DNA from: Candidatus Brocadiia bacterium
GTDB taxonomy: Bacteria; Planctomycetota; Brocadiia; CAIUPP01
Length of the DNA: 64,000 nucleotides
Direction of reading: 5' to 3'
Assembly (NCBI GenBank): GCA_050015075.1
Contig: JBEKCB010000001.1
Span: 160,001 to 224,000 of the forward strand
Shown here: positions 29,010-37,448 of the stretch, piece by piece
How positions within the stretch are numbered: the stretch's first letter is position 1
Layout: each line of letters begins with the position of its first letter
Made by a program: the position numbers and the translations under genes
Notes under the pieces: generated by a model
The model's database searches: none
What the model was told of the DNA's origin: nothing
What the model saw: the letters and a program-made list of their open reading frames with translations, nothing else

Positions 29010-29422
29010 GACCCCTCTTCTACCGGCGGGCGCGATTTAGCGTTGGGCGACAAGGCCGGGATCACGAGGATCGGCCTGGCGCCGGCGGCGTCCGGCGCGG
29101 CCGGGTCGGGAATGTGGATGATCACCTGGTCTTTGGGGCCGCCGGCGACCGCGCCAGGAGCCATGCCTTCGGTCTGCTTCCGCATCGCGGCGCTCGCGCG
29201 GTCTTCCGCGCTCGGGGCCGGCTCCATCGGGCGCGTGACCGAGGCGGACTCGGAAACGTACAGCGTGCTCTCGAGGCCGGTCACCTGGGAGATGTCCATC
29301 AGGGTCGGAGCGGGCGCGCTGGCCTGCGCCTGCGCCGGCGCCGGGGCGCTTGAGCACCCGGACAACATCATCCATCCTGCGACGGCCGCGCACGCGGCGT
29401 AACCGGCTGTGTTCCTGTTCAT
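28964..29422 (-). CDS. Hypothetical lipoprotein
   Basis: Lipobox LSGC; Pro/Ala-rich; abuts the upstream gene. Confidence 0.6.
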   Translation of the reverse strand: MNRNTAGYAACAAVAGWMMLSGCSSAPAPAQAQASAPAPTLMDISQVTGLESTLYVSESASVTRPMEPAPSAEDRASAAMRKQTEGMAPGAVAGGPKDQVIIHIPDPAAPDAAGARPILVIPALSPNAKSRPPVEEGSWKKPLPPLRSLEDR

Positions 29423-30066
29423 TATTCAGCCTCATCCGCTTCAAGACGGTACGGGGGTTTCTCCGCCTGCTCGGCGTTCTTTTCCTCGTCTTCGGCGTAC
29501 CGGACCAGCGGCGCGGCCGCCTCGGGCGCTGAGCCGGCGGGATCGGGCTGTTTCGTCGCCGTATCGTTGAGCATCCGGTACACGCTGCCCTCGCCATCCA
29601 GGATCCGGTCCTGCGCCATGCTCTTGCTGTCCACGAACGCCTGGATATCCTCGATCCGCTCGATGCCGCGCAGCAACTCGGACTTCATCTCTTCGAGGAT
29701 CGAGGAGACGGTCTTGTCGAACGAGTCGAAGACCGACTTGAGCTCGACCTCGAAGAACTCCTTGAGGTACTCTTCGAGCTTGATCAGCCGCTCGCGCGTG
29801 CCGGTGGCGACCTTTTCGAACTGCTCGACGCGGTCGCTGGTGGCGCTCTCGAACCGCGCGAAGCGCTCGGCAAGCCGCTGGCGCTCGTCGGCCTCGCGGG
29901 TCGAGAACTTTTCCCAGTCCTCCATCACGCGCGAGGCCACCTCGTAGCTTTTCTTGCTCTGGCGGCGGATGCTGCTGAGGATCGCGAAGACGGCGATGGC
30001 GGTGGCGATGGATATGACGAGAGCCGCGATGGCCAGGATCAGGACAAGCAACGGCATTGCTCGCAT
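29422..30066 (-). CDS. Membrane-anchored coiled-coil hypothetical protein
   Basis: N-terminal TM, charged helical body, AAGGAGG RBS. Confidence 0.75.
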   Translation of the reverse strand: MRAMPLLVLILAIAALVISIATAIAVFAILSSIRRQSKKSYEVASRVMEDWEKFSTREADERQRLAERFARFESATSDRVEQFEKVATGTRERLIKLEEYLKEFFEVELKSVFDSFDKTVSSILEEMKSELLRGIERIEDIQAFVDSKSMAQDRILDGEGSVYRMLNDTATKQPDPAGSAPEAAAPLVRYAEDEEKNAEQAEKPPYRLEADEAE

Positions 30067-30200
30067 TCCTCCTTCGGCGCACGAGCCCGCGCGGCCCCGG
30101 CGCAGCCTCGAAGTATAGTCGCTGGCCGAAGCGGAAGTCAAATTGTTTTCGCCGCCGCCGCGCGCTATCATGGAGGGGAAAAGGCCCATGGAGCTGCGAG

Positions 30201-30464
30201 ATGCCGACCTATGTCTACGAGGCCGCACCCGGCGAGAAAGGCTGCCCGGCGTGCCGGGCGGGGTTCGAGGTCTTCCACGGCATGAATGAGCCGCCGCCGC
30301 CGGGATGCCCGCGCTGCGGCGGACCCATCCACCGCCGCTTCACCGCGCCGGGCATTATCGGCCGCTTCAGCGAGAAGAGCACGCTGAGCGACTCGAACCT
30401 CAAGCGCCACGGTTTCAAGAAACTCGTCAACGAGGGAGACGGGAAGTTCAAGGTCACGCTTTAA
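30201..30464 (+). CDS. FmdB family zinc-ribbon protein
   Basis: MPTYVYE...CPAC..GFE..H.M.....CPRCGG. Confidence 0.88.
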   Translation: MPTYVYEAAPGEKGCPACRAGFEVFHGMNEPPPPGCPRCGGPIHRRFTAPGIIGRFSEKSTLSDSNLKRHGFKKLVNEGDGKFKVTL

Positions 30465-30466
30465 AT

Positions 30467-30508
30467 ATTGACGATTGACGAGCGACGATGGACGATCGCT
30501 GATGGGTG
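30467..30508. repeat. Single-arm 7-nt tandem repeat (ATTGACG)
   Basis: attgacg-attgacg-agcgacg-atggacg-atcgctg-atgggtg, immediately after a TAA stop. Confidence 0.75.
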
Positions 30509-30552
30509 AGCGCATTTTTTCAGTTAATTAAATGGATTTTCGGCCGATATGC

Positions 30553-30581
30553 TTGACAGATGAAATTACAGGTGGTAAATT
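30553..30581 (+). promoter_or_regulatory. Sigma70 promoter about 390 nt upstream of the KamA-like gene
   Basis: TTGACA-17 nt-TAAATT with extended -10 TG and AT-rich upstream sequence. Confidence 0.75.
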
Positions 30582-30971
30582 CTACGGAGATGGCGGAGGC
30601 GTCACGATTTTGACTGCGCTGTCCGCGGCCCGAGCCGCGCACCTTGACGCCGACGGCCGGTTATTTCGGGTCTCATATAGATAAGTGGAAATCGAAGAGC
30701 CTCCGTCCTGTCGCGCGAGGCAAAGCGCGGCTGGAACGCTGGTGCAAGTTCAACGGGGCGCGCCGGTCAGTCTGACAGGGGCCGTTTCCCGCAGCAGACT
30801 ATCCCTTCGTCATCCGAATCCACATCTCATCGGTTTTTCCTTTCGCAGTGCCCACACGGTCGCGGGCGGAGCCTGTCAACTCTGCGGCGGTCTGCGGTGT
30901 GATCAGCGTAGGGCCGGGCGCGTGAAAGATGCTTTCGCGCGCCGCGTGCCCGCGGGTTTTTGAGGAGACGC

Positions 30972-32255
30972 ATGATGGACACCTCTTCACAGAGGTTGAG
31001 CAGTGAGCAGTCGGGCAAGGAACTCGAGAGCGCGGAAGGGACGTCCGCGCCCGAGGAAGTTCCGGAACCTCCGGGCGCGGCAGCGCGCCCTAAAGTTTTA
31101 GCGGTCATGGAAGCACCGTCTCCCGCGCGTGCCGTCGAAGCCGCGCCCTCTCTCCGTCTCGTCGGACGGCAGGCCTTCAACGCAACCCCCGAACAATGGG
31201 ACGATTGGCGCTGGCAGTTGGCGCATCGCCTCCGGACGCTGGAGGATTTCCAGTCCGTCCTGACCCTCAGCGGCGAAGAAGCGGACGGCCTCACCATCGC
31301 GTGCAAAAAATTCGCCGTCGCCGCGACGCCTCATTTCGTCTCGCTCATGGAGCGCGACAACCCCGCTTGCCCGATCCGCCGGCAGGTCGTCCCCACCGTC
31401 AAGGAACTCATCAGTTCCCCGACGGACATGGAAGACCCCTGCGGCGAAGATCACGACATGAAGGTCCCCGGCCTGGTGCATCGCTATCCGGACCGGGTGC
31501 TGTTCCTGGCCTCGGACCGCTGCGCCTCGTACTGCCGGTACTGCACGCGCAGCCGGCTGGTCGGCAACGGCGACCTGCGCCCGGTCTCGGAACGCGTCGA
31601 GCCGGCCGCGCAGTACGTCGCCGCGCATCCGGAAGTCCGCGACGTGCTCATCAGCGGCGGCGACCCGCTGCTCCTGGGTGAGCTGGCCCTCGGCGCGATC
31701 ATCCGCCGGTTCCGGGCCATCCCGCACGTCGAGATCGTCCGCATCGGCACGCGCGTGCCGGCCTACCTGCCGCAGCGGATCACCCCGCGGCTCATCCGCG
31801 CCCTGCGCATGAGCGGCGCGTACTTCCTCTCCATGCACTTCTCGCATCCGAGGGAGATCACCCCGGAAGTCGAGCGCGCCCTGGCGGTCATCGCCGACGG
31901 CGGCATCGTCATGGGCTCGCAGACCGTGCTCCTGCGCGGGATCAACGACCACCCGGAAACCCTCAAGCGGCTCTTCCACAAGCTGCTCAAGAACCGCGTG
32001 AGGCCGTACTACCTCTACCAGTGCGACCCGGTCCTCGGCGCCTCGCACTTCCGCACCTCGGTGGCCGCCGGGATCGAGATCATGCACAAGCTGCGCGGCT
32101 TCACCAGCGGCTATGCCGTGCCGACCTACGTCATTGACGCCCCCGGCGGCGGCGGCAAAACGCCCGTCACCTCCGAATACATCACCGAGCGCACCGCGCA
32201 GCAAGTCACTATGCGCAACTACGCCGGCAACCTTTATACCTATCCGGAAGTCTGA
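30972..32255 (+). CDS. KamA family radical SAM aminomutase (lysine 2,3-aminomutase-like)
   Basis: WDDWRWQL, HRYPDRVL, CASYCRYCTR, SGGDPL, RPYYLYQCD, PLP-lysine motif DAPGGGGK. Confidence 0.93.
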   Translation: MMDTSSQRLSSEQSGKELESAEGTSAPEEVPEPPGAAARPKVLAVMEAPSPARAVEAAPSLRLVGRQAFNATPEQWDDWRWQLAHRLRTLEDFQSVLTLSGEEADGLTIACKKFAVAATPHFVSLMERDNPACPIRRQVVPTVKELISSPTDMEDPCGEDHDMKVPGLVHRYPDRVLFLASDRCASYCRYCTRSRLVGNGDLRPVSERVEPAAQYVAAHPEVRDVLISGGDPLLLGELALGAIIRRFRAIPHVEIVRIGTRVPAYLPQRITPRLIRALRMSGAYFLSMHFSHPREITPEVERALAVIADGGIVMGSQTVLLRGINDHPETLKRLFHKLLKNRVRPYYLYQCDPVLGASHFRTSVAAGIEIMHKLRGFTSGYAVPTYVIDAPGGGGKTPVTSEYITERTAQQVTMRNYAGNLYTYPEV

Positions 32256-32290
32256 GCGAGCGCCGCATCATTCGCTCGCCGTGTGCTGGA

Positions 32291-32326
32291 AACCTTGCGC
32301 CCCGTCCATGGACGGGGCGCAAGGTT
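32291..32326. terminator. Perfect 36-bp palindrome downstream of the KamA-like gene
   Basis: aaccttgcgccccgtcca-tggacggggcgcaaggtt followed by cttcgttt. Confidence 0.7.
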
Positions 32327-32387
32327 CTTCGTTTAACAGCCCGTTGAGAAATGTGGCACACGCCCCTTGCATGTGCGAGTGCGCTGA

Positions 32388-32442
32388 TTGTAGTGGCGCC
32401 GTCAGGCGCTACTTCGTATGCCCTTGCGGGCACGCTACGAGC
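32388..32442 (-). repeat. GTAG-type REP doublet, copy 2 (reverse orientation)
   Basis: Reverse complement of the 28591 element; supplies the TAG stop of the 32435 gene. Confidence 0.88.
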
Positions 32443-32872
32443 GGTTTCGGGACAGGTCCACCAGGGCCAGCAGGCGGGCGGTCAGCGCCTCGATGCGCGG
32501 GTCAAGGCACTCCTTGAGAGCGGGTGTGACTTCGCCGTAACGGCGCAGGTACCTGCTTTGCGTCTCCACGAGCACTTCCCAAAAGGCCGATGCCCGCCCC
32601 CAAATTTGTTGCGCGACTTCGTCCCGGCGGCCGCTCAGCCTCAGCGCCTCCTTGAGTTCCCGGATTGTCTGGCGCATGGCGGCGACTTCGGCCTGAATGC
32701 CTCGGCGCTGCTTATCCGACAGGGAGTTGCGCTCGTGGTACAGCACGCCGTGGCGCTCGCGGCCCTGCGCGTATTCCTCGAACTCGCAGAGCATCTCATC
32801 GAGGAGCGTCAGCGTCGCGCTGACCGCGCGCTTATGATTTTCACCCACATCCACTGCCTTCTTTTGCGTCAT
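32435..32872 (-). CDS. Hypothetical helical protein
   Basis: 145-aa ORF from MTQKK with a GGAG RBS and normal codon usage. Confidence 0.7.
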   Translation of the reverse strand: MTQKKAVDVGENHKRAVSATLTLLDEMLCEFEEYAQGRERHGVLYHERNSLSDKQRRGIQAEVAAMRQTIRELKEALRLSGRRDEVAQQIWGRASAFWEVLVETQSRYLRRYGEVTPALKECLDPRIEALTARLLALVDLSRNRS

Positions 32873-33031
32873 CGGCGGTTCTCCACAGCACCGGTTTACG
32901 ACGGCAAACTGGGGCCCACAGATAACTATTTCCACGCGTGCTTTTTCGGCCCGTGTTTCCGCCTGCGCATAACTCTGCCGGCAAGGCACCCCGCGTCCGG
33001 CGGATATTTCTGAGCGAATTCCGAGGACGCC

Positions 33032-33385
33032 CTACTCATCTCCCGCCGGCGACCGCAGCGCCTCGCGCAATCGCGCCTTGAGTGGCGGCAGATCGTCCTG
33101 GATCGTTTTCCAAACGGTGGGCAGATCCACTCCGAAGTACGCATGGGCGAGGACATTCCGCATTTCACGCGCCTTCTTCCACGGAACTTCCGGATGACGA
33201 GAAGCCACGTCTTCCGGAACGTTTCGTGCCGCCTCGCCCATGATTTCCAGATTTCGGATAATTGCGTCGGAAGTCCTGCGGTCCTTGAGGAAGGCGTCAA
33301 CATCAATGCCATGAACGGACTCTTCGATTCGTTCAATGGCTTCCAGCATGTCCTCGACCCGCAACCGCCATTCTCTAGATCGCAC
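33032..33385 (-). CDS. HepT-like HEPN ribonuclease toxin (DUF86)
   Basis: LEIMGEAA, HPEVPW, RX4H motif RNVLAHAY. Confidence 0.92.
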   Translation of the reverse strand: MRSREWRLRVEDMLEAIERIEESVHGIDVDAFLKDRRTSDAIIRNLEIMGEAARNVPEDVASRHPEVPWKKAREMRNVLAHAYFGVDLPTVWKTIQDDLPPLKARLREALRSPAGDE

Positions 33386-33665
33386 TGACCGCCTCTGCAA
33401 GTATGCGGTCGCGCAGTTGCGGCTTCAGCGCTCGGCGCATCACGAGGTCAACAGGCTGGCCTAGGAGGGTTTCGAGATAGTCTTTCACTTCGAGGAACCC
33501 GAAGATGCTGACGGGCTCTTCGAAGTCGACCAGGATATCCACATCGCTGTCGCGCCGTTCTTCTCCGCGCACGCAGGAGCCGAAAACGGCCAGGCGCGCG
33601 ACTCCATGCGCCTTTATTTCCGCCACGTGTTGCCGAAGAACGTCCAGAACTTCGTCACGTTCCAT
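33375..33665 (-). CDS. Minimal nucleotidyltransferase antitoxin (MntA-like)
   Basis: FGSCVRGE...DSDVDILV, VDLV; overlaps the HEPN gene. Confidence 0.93.
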   Translation of the reverse strand: MERDEVLDVLRQHVAEIKAHGVARLAVFGSCVRGEERRDSDVDILVDFEEPVSIFGFLEVKDYLETLLGQPVDLVMRRALKPQLRDRILAEAVSAI

Positions 33666-33676
33666 TGAAGCGCCCC

Positions 33677-34414
33677 TCAGAACTTCACGCCCCAGACCTT
33701 GTGCAAGCGGCGGACGGACTTGCGCGGGGCCAGCTTCGGCGGATATTTCGGGTCCGGGTTGACCGAGACCATCTCGACCTGGTTGCCGCGGTAGTACACG
33801 CGCTTGAAGTAGAGTTCGTCGTCCTCCGCGACCTCGATCACCGCCAGGTCGCCGCTGGCCGGCTCGTCCTTCGTGCAGAGGACGTACTGTCCAGGCAGCG
33901 CGACCGGGACCATCGAGTCGCCCTCGACGCGGATCAGGTGCAGGTCGTCCGGAAGTTTCTCCCGGCCGGGCGCGTGCTCCGAGTTGTAGGCGACCCGGTC
34001 ATGTCCGGCGGCGGACGCCGTCGCCAGGACCCGCAGGTACCGGCCACGATCTTCCTCGCGCGCCCCGGGCGATTTGCCGCCGGCCGCGTCGCGGCCGGCT
34101 TCGCGCTCGACCAGCTCGTTGATCAGATCTATCGCCTTCCGGCCTTCGGGGAACTGCACGCCCTCTGGCAGGAACGGTTCGCCCGCGCCGCTGTAGAGCC
34201 ACTTGGGATGAACGCGCGTCAGCTCCATGACGCGCGGCAGCGATTCCAGCGGCAGCGCCGCGCGGCGCTCGTAGTAGTCGTACTGCATCAGCGTCATGCC
34301 GAGCTTCCGCGCGAAAGCCGTTTTGCTGCGCCGCCCGAAAATGTTCTCGCGGACCCAGCGGAGGCGCTCCGGGGTGCTCGCCAGATGACGCCGGGATTTT
34401 TCTGACTTGTCCAC
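33677..34414 (-). CDS. XRE-HTH + S24 peptidase repressor (LexA/CI-like)
   Basis: HTH (FARKLGM...YE...WLYSGAGEPF), catalytic Ser in RVEGDSMVP and Lys in YFKRV; GTG start inferred from a GGAGAGG RBS. Confidence 0.88.
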   Translation of the reverse strand: MDKSEKSRRHLASTPERLRWVRENIFGRRSKTAFARKLGMTLMQYDYYERRAALPLESLPRVMELTRVHPKWLYSGAGEPFLPEGVQFPEGRKAIDLINELVEREAGRDAAGGKSPGAREEDRGRYLRVLATASAAGHDRVAYNSEHAPGREKLPDDLHLIRVEGDSMVPVALPGQYVLCTKDEPASGDLAVIEVAEDDELYFKRVYYRGNQVEMVSVNPDPKYPPKLAPRKSVRRLHKVWGVKF

Positions 34415-34579
34415 TTGACGTGCCTCTCCATTGTTCTCTGGATTGCCGGCCCGATCGGCGGCGGACGGACTGCGCCCGGAGGGTGCGCGCGGCCGCGCGC
34501 GGGTTCGGGCGGAGCCGATTCCGCTCCTCCGTCGGAAGCTTGCCCCGACACGCATCGGGGATCGGCACTCAGCAATAGG

Positions 34580-34608
34580 AGCCTATCAATATCGCCTGTG
34601 CCAGTCAA
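34580..34608 (-). promoter_or_regulatory. Putative promoter of the S24-MNT-HEPN unit
   Basis: Minus strand TTGACT-17 nt-TAGGCT. Confidence 0.5.
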
Positions 34609-34784
34609 GAAGAAAAATGACAGGGCCGTGACGAGTAAGGAATGCTGAATTGAGAAGTCGCAAGATGGCAGCAGGAAAGAAGATGCCGCGCAAAAGCGAT
34701 TTGAAAAAAACGAATCCCGTTTGAGGACAGGGATGAACGCGGAAGGACGCCGGGACGGCGGCGGCGGATGACGGGCCGTCTTCC

Positions 34785-34819
34785 CCTTCATCCTTCACCC
34801 TTCATCTTTCATCCTTCCC
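34785..34819. repeat. 7-nt tandem repeat (CCTTCAT) with a degenerate partner arm near 34730
   Basis: ccttcat-ccttcac-ccttcat-ctttcat-ccttccc. Confidence 0.75.
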
Positions 34820-34941
34820 TCCGTTCCCGCCTTGTCCGCGAGTGGTGGATTATGTTATAGATTCTTCGCACGGGAGTTCTCGCCTGCCGGTTTCCGGCGT
34901 TCCCACTGTCGGGCGCTCCCGCTCTTTCAGGAATTGGCGGC

Positions 34942-35943
34942 ATGAGAATCGGCCTGACGTTCGACCTGCGCACCGAGTACCTCGCCCTGGGCTGGTCGGC
35001 CGAGGACGCGGCGGAGTTCGATACCGAGGCGACCATCCAAAGCATCGAGTCGGGCCTGCGCGAGCTGGGCCACGAGGTGGTCCGCATCGGCCGCTGCCCG
35101 GCGCTGGCCGGGCGGCTCGCCGAGGGCGAACGATGGGAGCTGGTCTTCAATTTCTGCGAGGGCGCGCGCGGCCGCAGCCGCGAGGCGCAGGTCCCCGCGC
35201 TGCTCGAGTGCTTCGACATCCCGTACACCTTCTGCGACCCGCTCACCGCCGCCCTGACGCTCGACAAGGCGCTGGCCAAGCGCGTGGTCCGCGACGCGGG
35301 CCTGCCGACGCCGGACTTCCTGCTGGTGGAAGAGATCGAGGACCTTCGGTCGCTCTCCATGCCGTTTCCGCTCTTCGCCAAGCCGGTGGCCGAAGGGACT
35401 GGAAAAGGGATTGACGCGGACTCCATCTGCCGCGACCGCGCCGCGCTCGAGGCGACGTGCCGGCGGCTGATCGAGCGTTTTCGGCAGCCGGCGCTGGTCG
35501 AGGAATTCCTGCCGGGCCGCGAGGTGACCGTCGGCCTGGTCGGCACCGGCCGCGACGCCCGCGCGCTCGGCGTGATGGAAGTGCGCCTGCTCCAGTCGGC
35601 CGAAAAAGGCGTCTATTCCTATCAGAACAAGGAACAGTGCGAGCAGCGCGTGGAGTACCGGCTCGTCGAGCCGGGCCCGTTCCGCGACGAGGCGGCGCGC
35701 GTGGCGCTCGAGTGCTATCGGCTGCTCGGCTGCCGCGACGCGGCGCGCCTGGACCTCCGCGCCGACGCGCAGGGCCGGCCGAATTTCATCGAAGCGAACC
35801 CGCTCGCCGGCATGAACCCCTCGCATTCGGACCTGCCCATCCTCAACGGCCTGCTCGGGAACACGTATCAGGATCTCCTCTCCGAGATTCTCCGTTCCGC
35901 CATGAAACGCGCAGGGACACGACCGGGAGGACCGCTCCGATGA
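34942..35943 (+). CDS. D-Ala-D-Ala ligase-like ATP-grasp ligase 1
   Basis: FNFCEG, DK..AK, FAKPVAEGTGKGI, EEFLPGRE, IEANPLAG. Confidence 0.9.
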   Translation: MRIGLTFDLRTEYLALGWSAEDAAEFDTEATIQSIESGLRELGHEVVRIGRCPALAGRLAEGERWELVFNFCEGARGRSREAQVPALLECFDIPYTFCDPLTAALTLDKALAKRVVRDAGLPTPDFLLVEEIEDLRSLSMPFPLFAKPVAEGTGKGIDADSICRDRAALEATCRRLIERFRQPALVEEFLPGREVTVGLVGTGRDARALGVMEVRLLQSAEKGVYSYQNKEQCEQRVEYRLVEPGPFRDEAARVALECYRLLGCRDAARLDLRADAQGRPNFIEANPLAGMNPSHSDLPILNGLLGNTYQDLLSEILRSAMKRAGTRPGGPLR

Positions 35944-36941
35944 AAGTGGCCGTGGCGCACAACGCGATCGCGGAGGGCGAGAAGGACGAAGCCACGCTCG
36001 ACGTCATCGAGCAGGCCGACCACGTCGCCGCTTCCCTGCGCGCGGCCGGCCACGCCGCCAGGCTCTTCCCGCTCGACCGCGACGTCGCGAAGACGCTGCG
36101 GAAACTCAAGCTGTACCGCCCCGAGTGCATCTTCAACCTGGTCGAATCCGTCGAAGGCCACGCCGTGCTCCACCCGTGCGCGGCGGCGCTCTGGGAACTG
36201 ATCGGCGTGCCGCACACCGGCTCGCCCTCGTGGGCGCTCGACCACACCACCGACAAGGCGCTCGCGAAGACCCTGCTCGCCGACGCCGGAATCGCCACGG
36301 CCGAATGGGCCATCTGCCGGCAGATGTCCGATAGCTGGCGCCGCGTGCCCGGGCCGTGGATCCTGAAACCGGCGATGGAGGACGCCTCGATCGGCATTGA
36401 CGAGGACTCCGTCGTGCGCGACCCGGCGGCCGTTCCGGGCAAGCTGCTCGCCCTCAAGAGCCGGTTCCCGAACCAGGCCGTCCTCGTCGAGCGGTTCGTA
36501 GATGGGCGCGAGTTCAACATCTCGCTGCTGGCGGACGAGCGCGGCGCGCAGGTGCTGCCGCCGGCGGAGATGACCTTCATGGACTATCCGCCCGGCAAGG
36601 AGCGCGTGCTCGGGTACCGGGCGAAGTGGGAGCCGACGGCGTTCGAGTACGAGCACACCGGGCGGCGCTTTGACTTCCCTCCCGATGAATCGGGACTCAT
36701 CGAGCAGATGAAACAGATTGCAAAACGCTGCTGGGCGCTGTTCGATCTGCATGGCTACGCCCGCGTAGACATGCGCGTGGACGCGGATTCACGCATCTTC
36801 GTCCTCGAGATCAACGCCAATCCCTGCCTGACACCCGATGCCGGGTTTGCCGCGGCCGTCGCCCGCGCGGGCATTTCCCCGGCCCAGATGGTGCAACGCA
36901 TTTTGGAGGATACCGTGTGTGTGCCGCCGCTGCCGCGCTGA
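35940..36941 (+). CDS. D-Ala-D-Ala ligase-like ATP-grasp ligase 2
   Basis: ATGA-coupled; FNLVES, ILKPAMEDASIGI, ERFVDGRE, GYARVDMR, LEINANPCL. Confidence 0.9.
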   Translation: MKVAVAHNAIAEGEKDEATLDVIEQADHVAASLRAAGHAARLFPLDRDVAKTLRKLKLYRPECIFNLVESVEGHAVLHPCAAALWELIGVPHTGSPSWALDHTTDKALAKTLLADAGIATAEWAICRQMSDSWRRVPGPWILKPAMEDASIGIDEDSVVRDPAAVPGKLLALKSRFPNQAVLVERFVDGREFNISLLADERGAQVLPPAEMTFMDYPPGKERVLGYRAKWEPTAFEYEHTGRRFDFPPDESGLIEQMKQIAKRCWALFDLHGYARVDMRVDADSRIFVLEINANPCLTPDAGFAAAVARAGISPAQMVQRILEDTVCVPPLPR

Positions 36942-37420
36942 ATATTCAAATCCGCGACGAACTGCTTCCCGCAGACCGGGAGCCGCTGGAGAACATCGTG
37001 CGCTCCTGCAAGTTCTTCCGCGAGGACGAAATCGCCATCGCCCTCGAGCTCATTGACGAGCGCCTGTCCCATGGCAAGGCCTGCGAGTACCACTTCCTCA
37101 TCGCCGTGAACGGCGACCGCGTGGTCGGCTACTGCTGCTACGGCCTGGTCCCGTGCACCATCCACAGCTACGACCTCTACTGGATCGTCGTGGACCCGAC
37201 GATGCACCGCGGCGGCATCGGCCGCAAGCTCGTCGCCGCCGCCGAGGAGCACATCCGCAAGCTCGGCGGAAAGCGCGTCTACATCGACACGTCGAGCCAG
37301 CCGCGCTACGAACCCACGCATCATTTCTATTCCTCCTGCGGATACCGCGTGGAAGCGACGCTGCGCGAGTTCTACGCCCCCGGCGACAACAAGGTCATCT
37401 TCAGCAAGGTGCTCACGTGA
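36917..37420 (+). CDS. GNAT family N-acetyltransferase
   Basis: DLYWIVVDP...RGGIGRKL, FY..CGY; start uncertain, overlaps the upstream gene. Confidence 0.9.
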   Translation: MCAAAAALNIQIRDELLPADREPLENIVRSCKFFREDEIAIALELIDERLSHGKACEYHFLIAVNGDRVVGYCCYGLVPCTIHSYDLYWIVVDPTMHRGGIGRKLVAAAEEHIRKLGGKRVYIDTSSQPRYEPTHHFYSSCGYRVEATLREFYAPGDNKVIFSKVLT

Positions 37421-37448
37421 GCGGCGGGCGCCGCAGGCCGGACCGGCC

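Noticed and set aside
30972-32255. EF-P modification enzyme EpmB
   Set aside because: No efp or epmA nearby; length and motifs fit the broader KamA family
32334-32352. aacagcccgttgagaaa resembling an IS terminal repeat
   Set aside because: No partner inverted repeat or transposase was found in the window
33677-34414. Prophage immunity region
   Set aside because: There is a CI/LexA-like gene but no divergent cro, integrase, replication or structural phage genes
34942-36941. Housekeeping ddl or van-type resistance ligases
   Set aside because: Tandem divergent paralogues beside GNAT and KamA genes, with no mur/fts or vanH/vanX context, so no gene symbol was assigned
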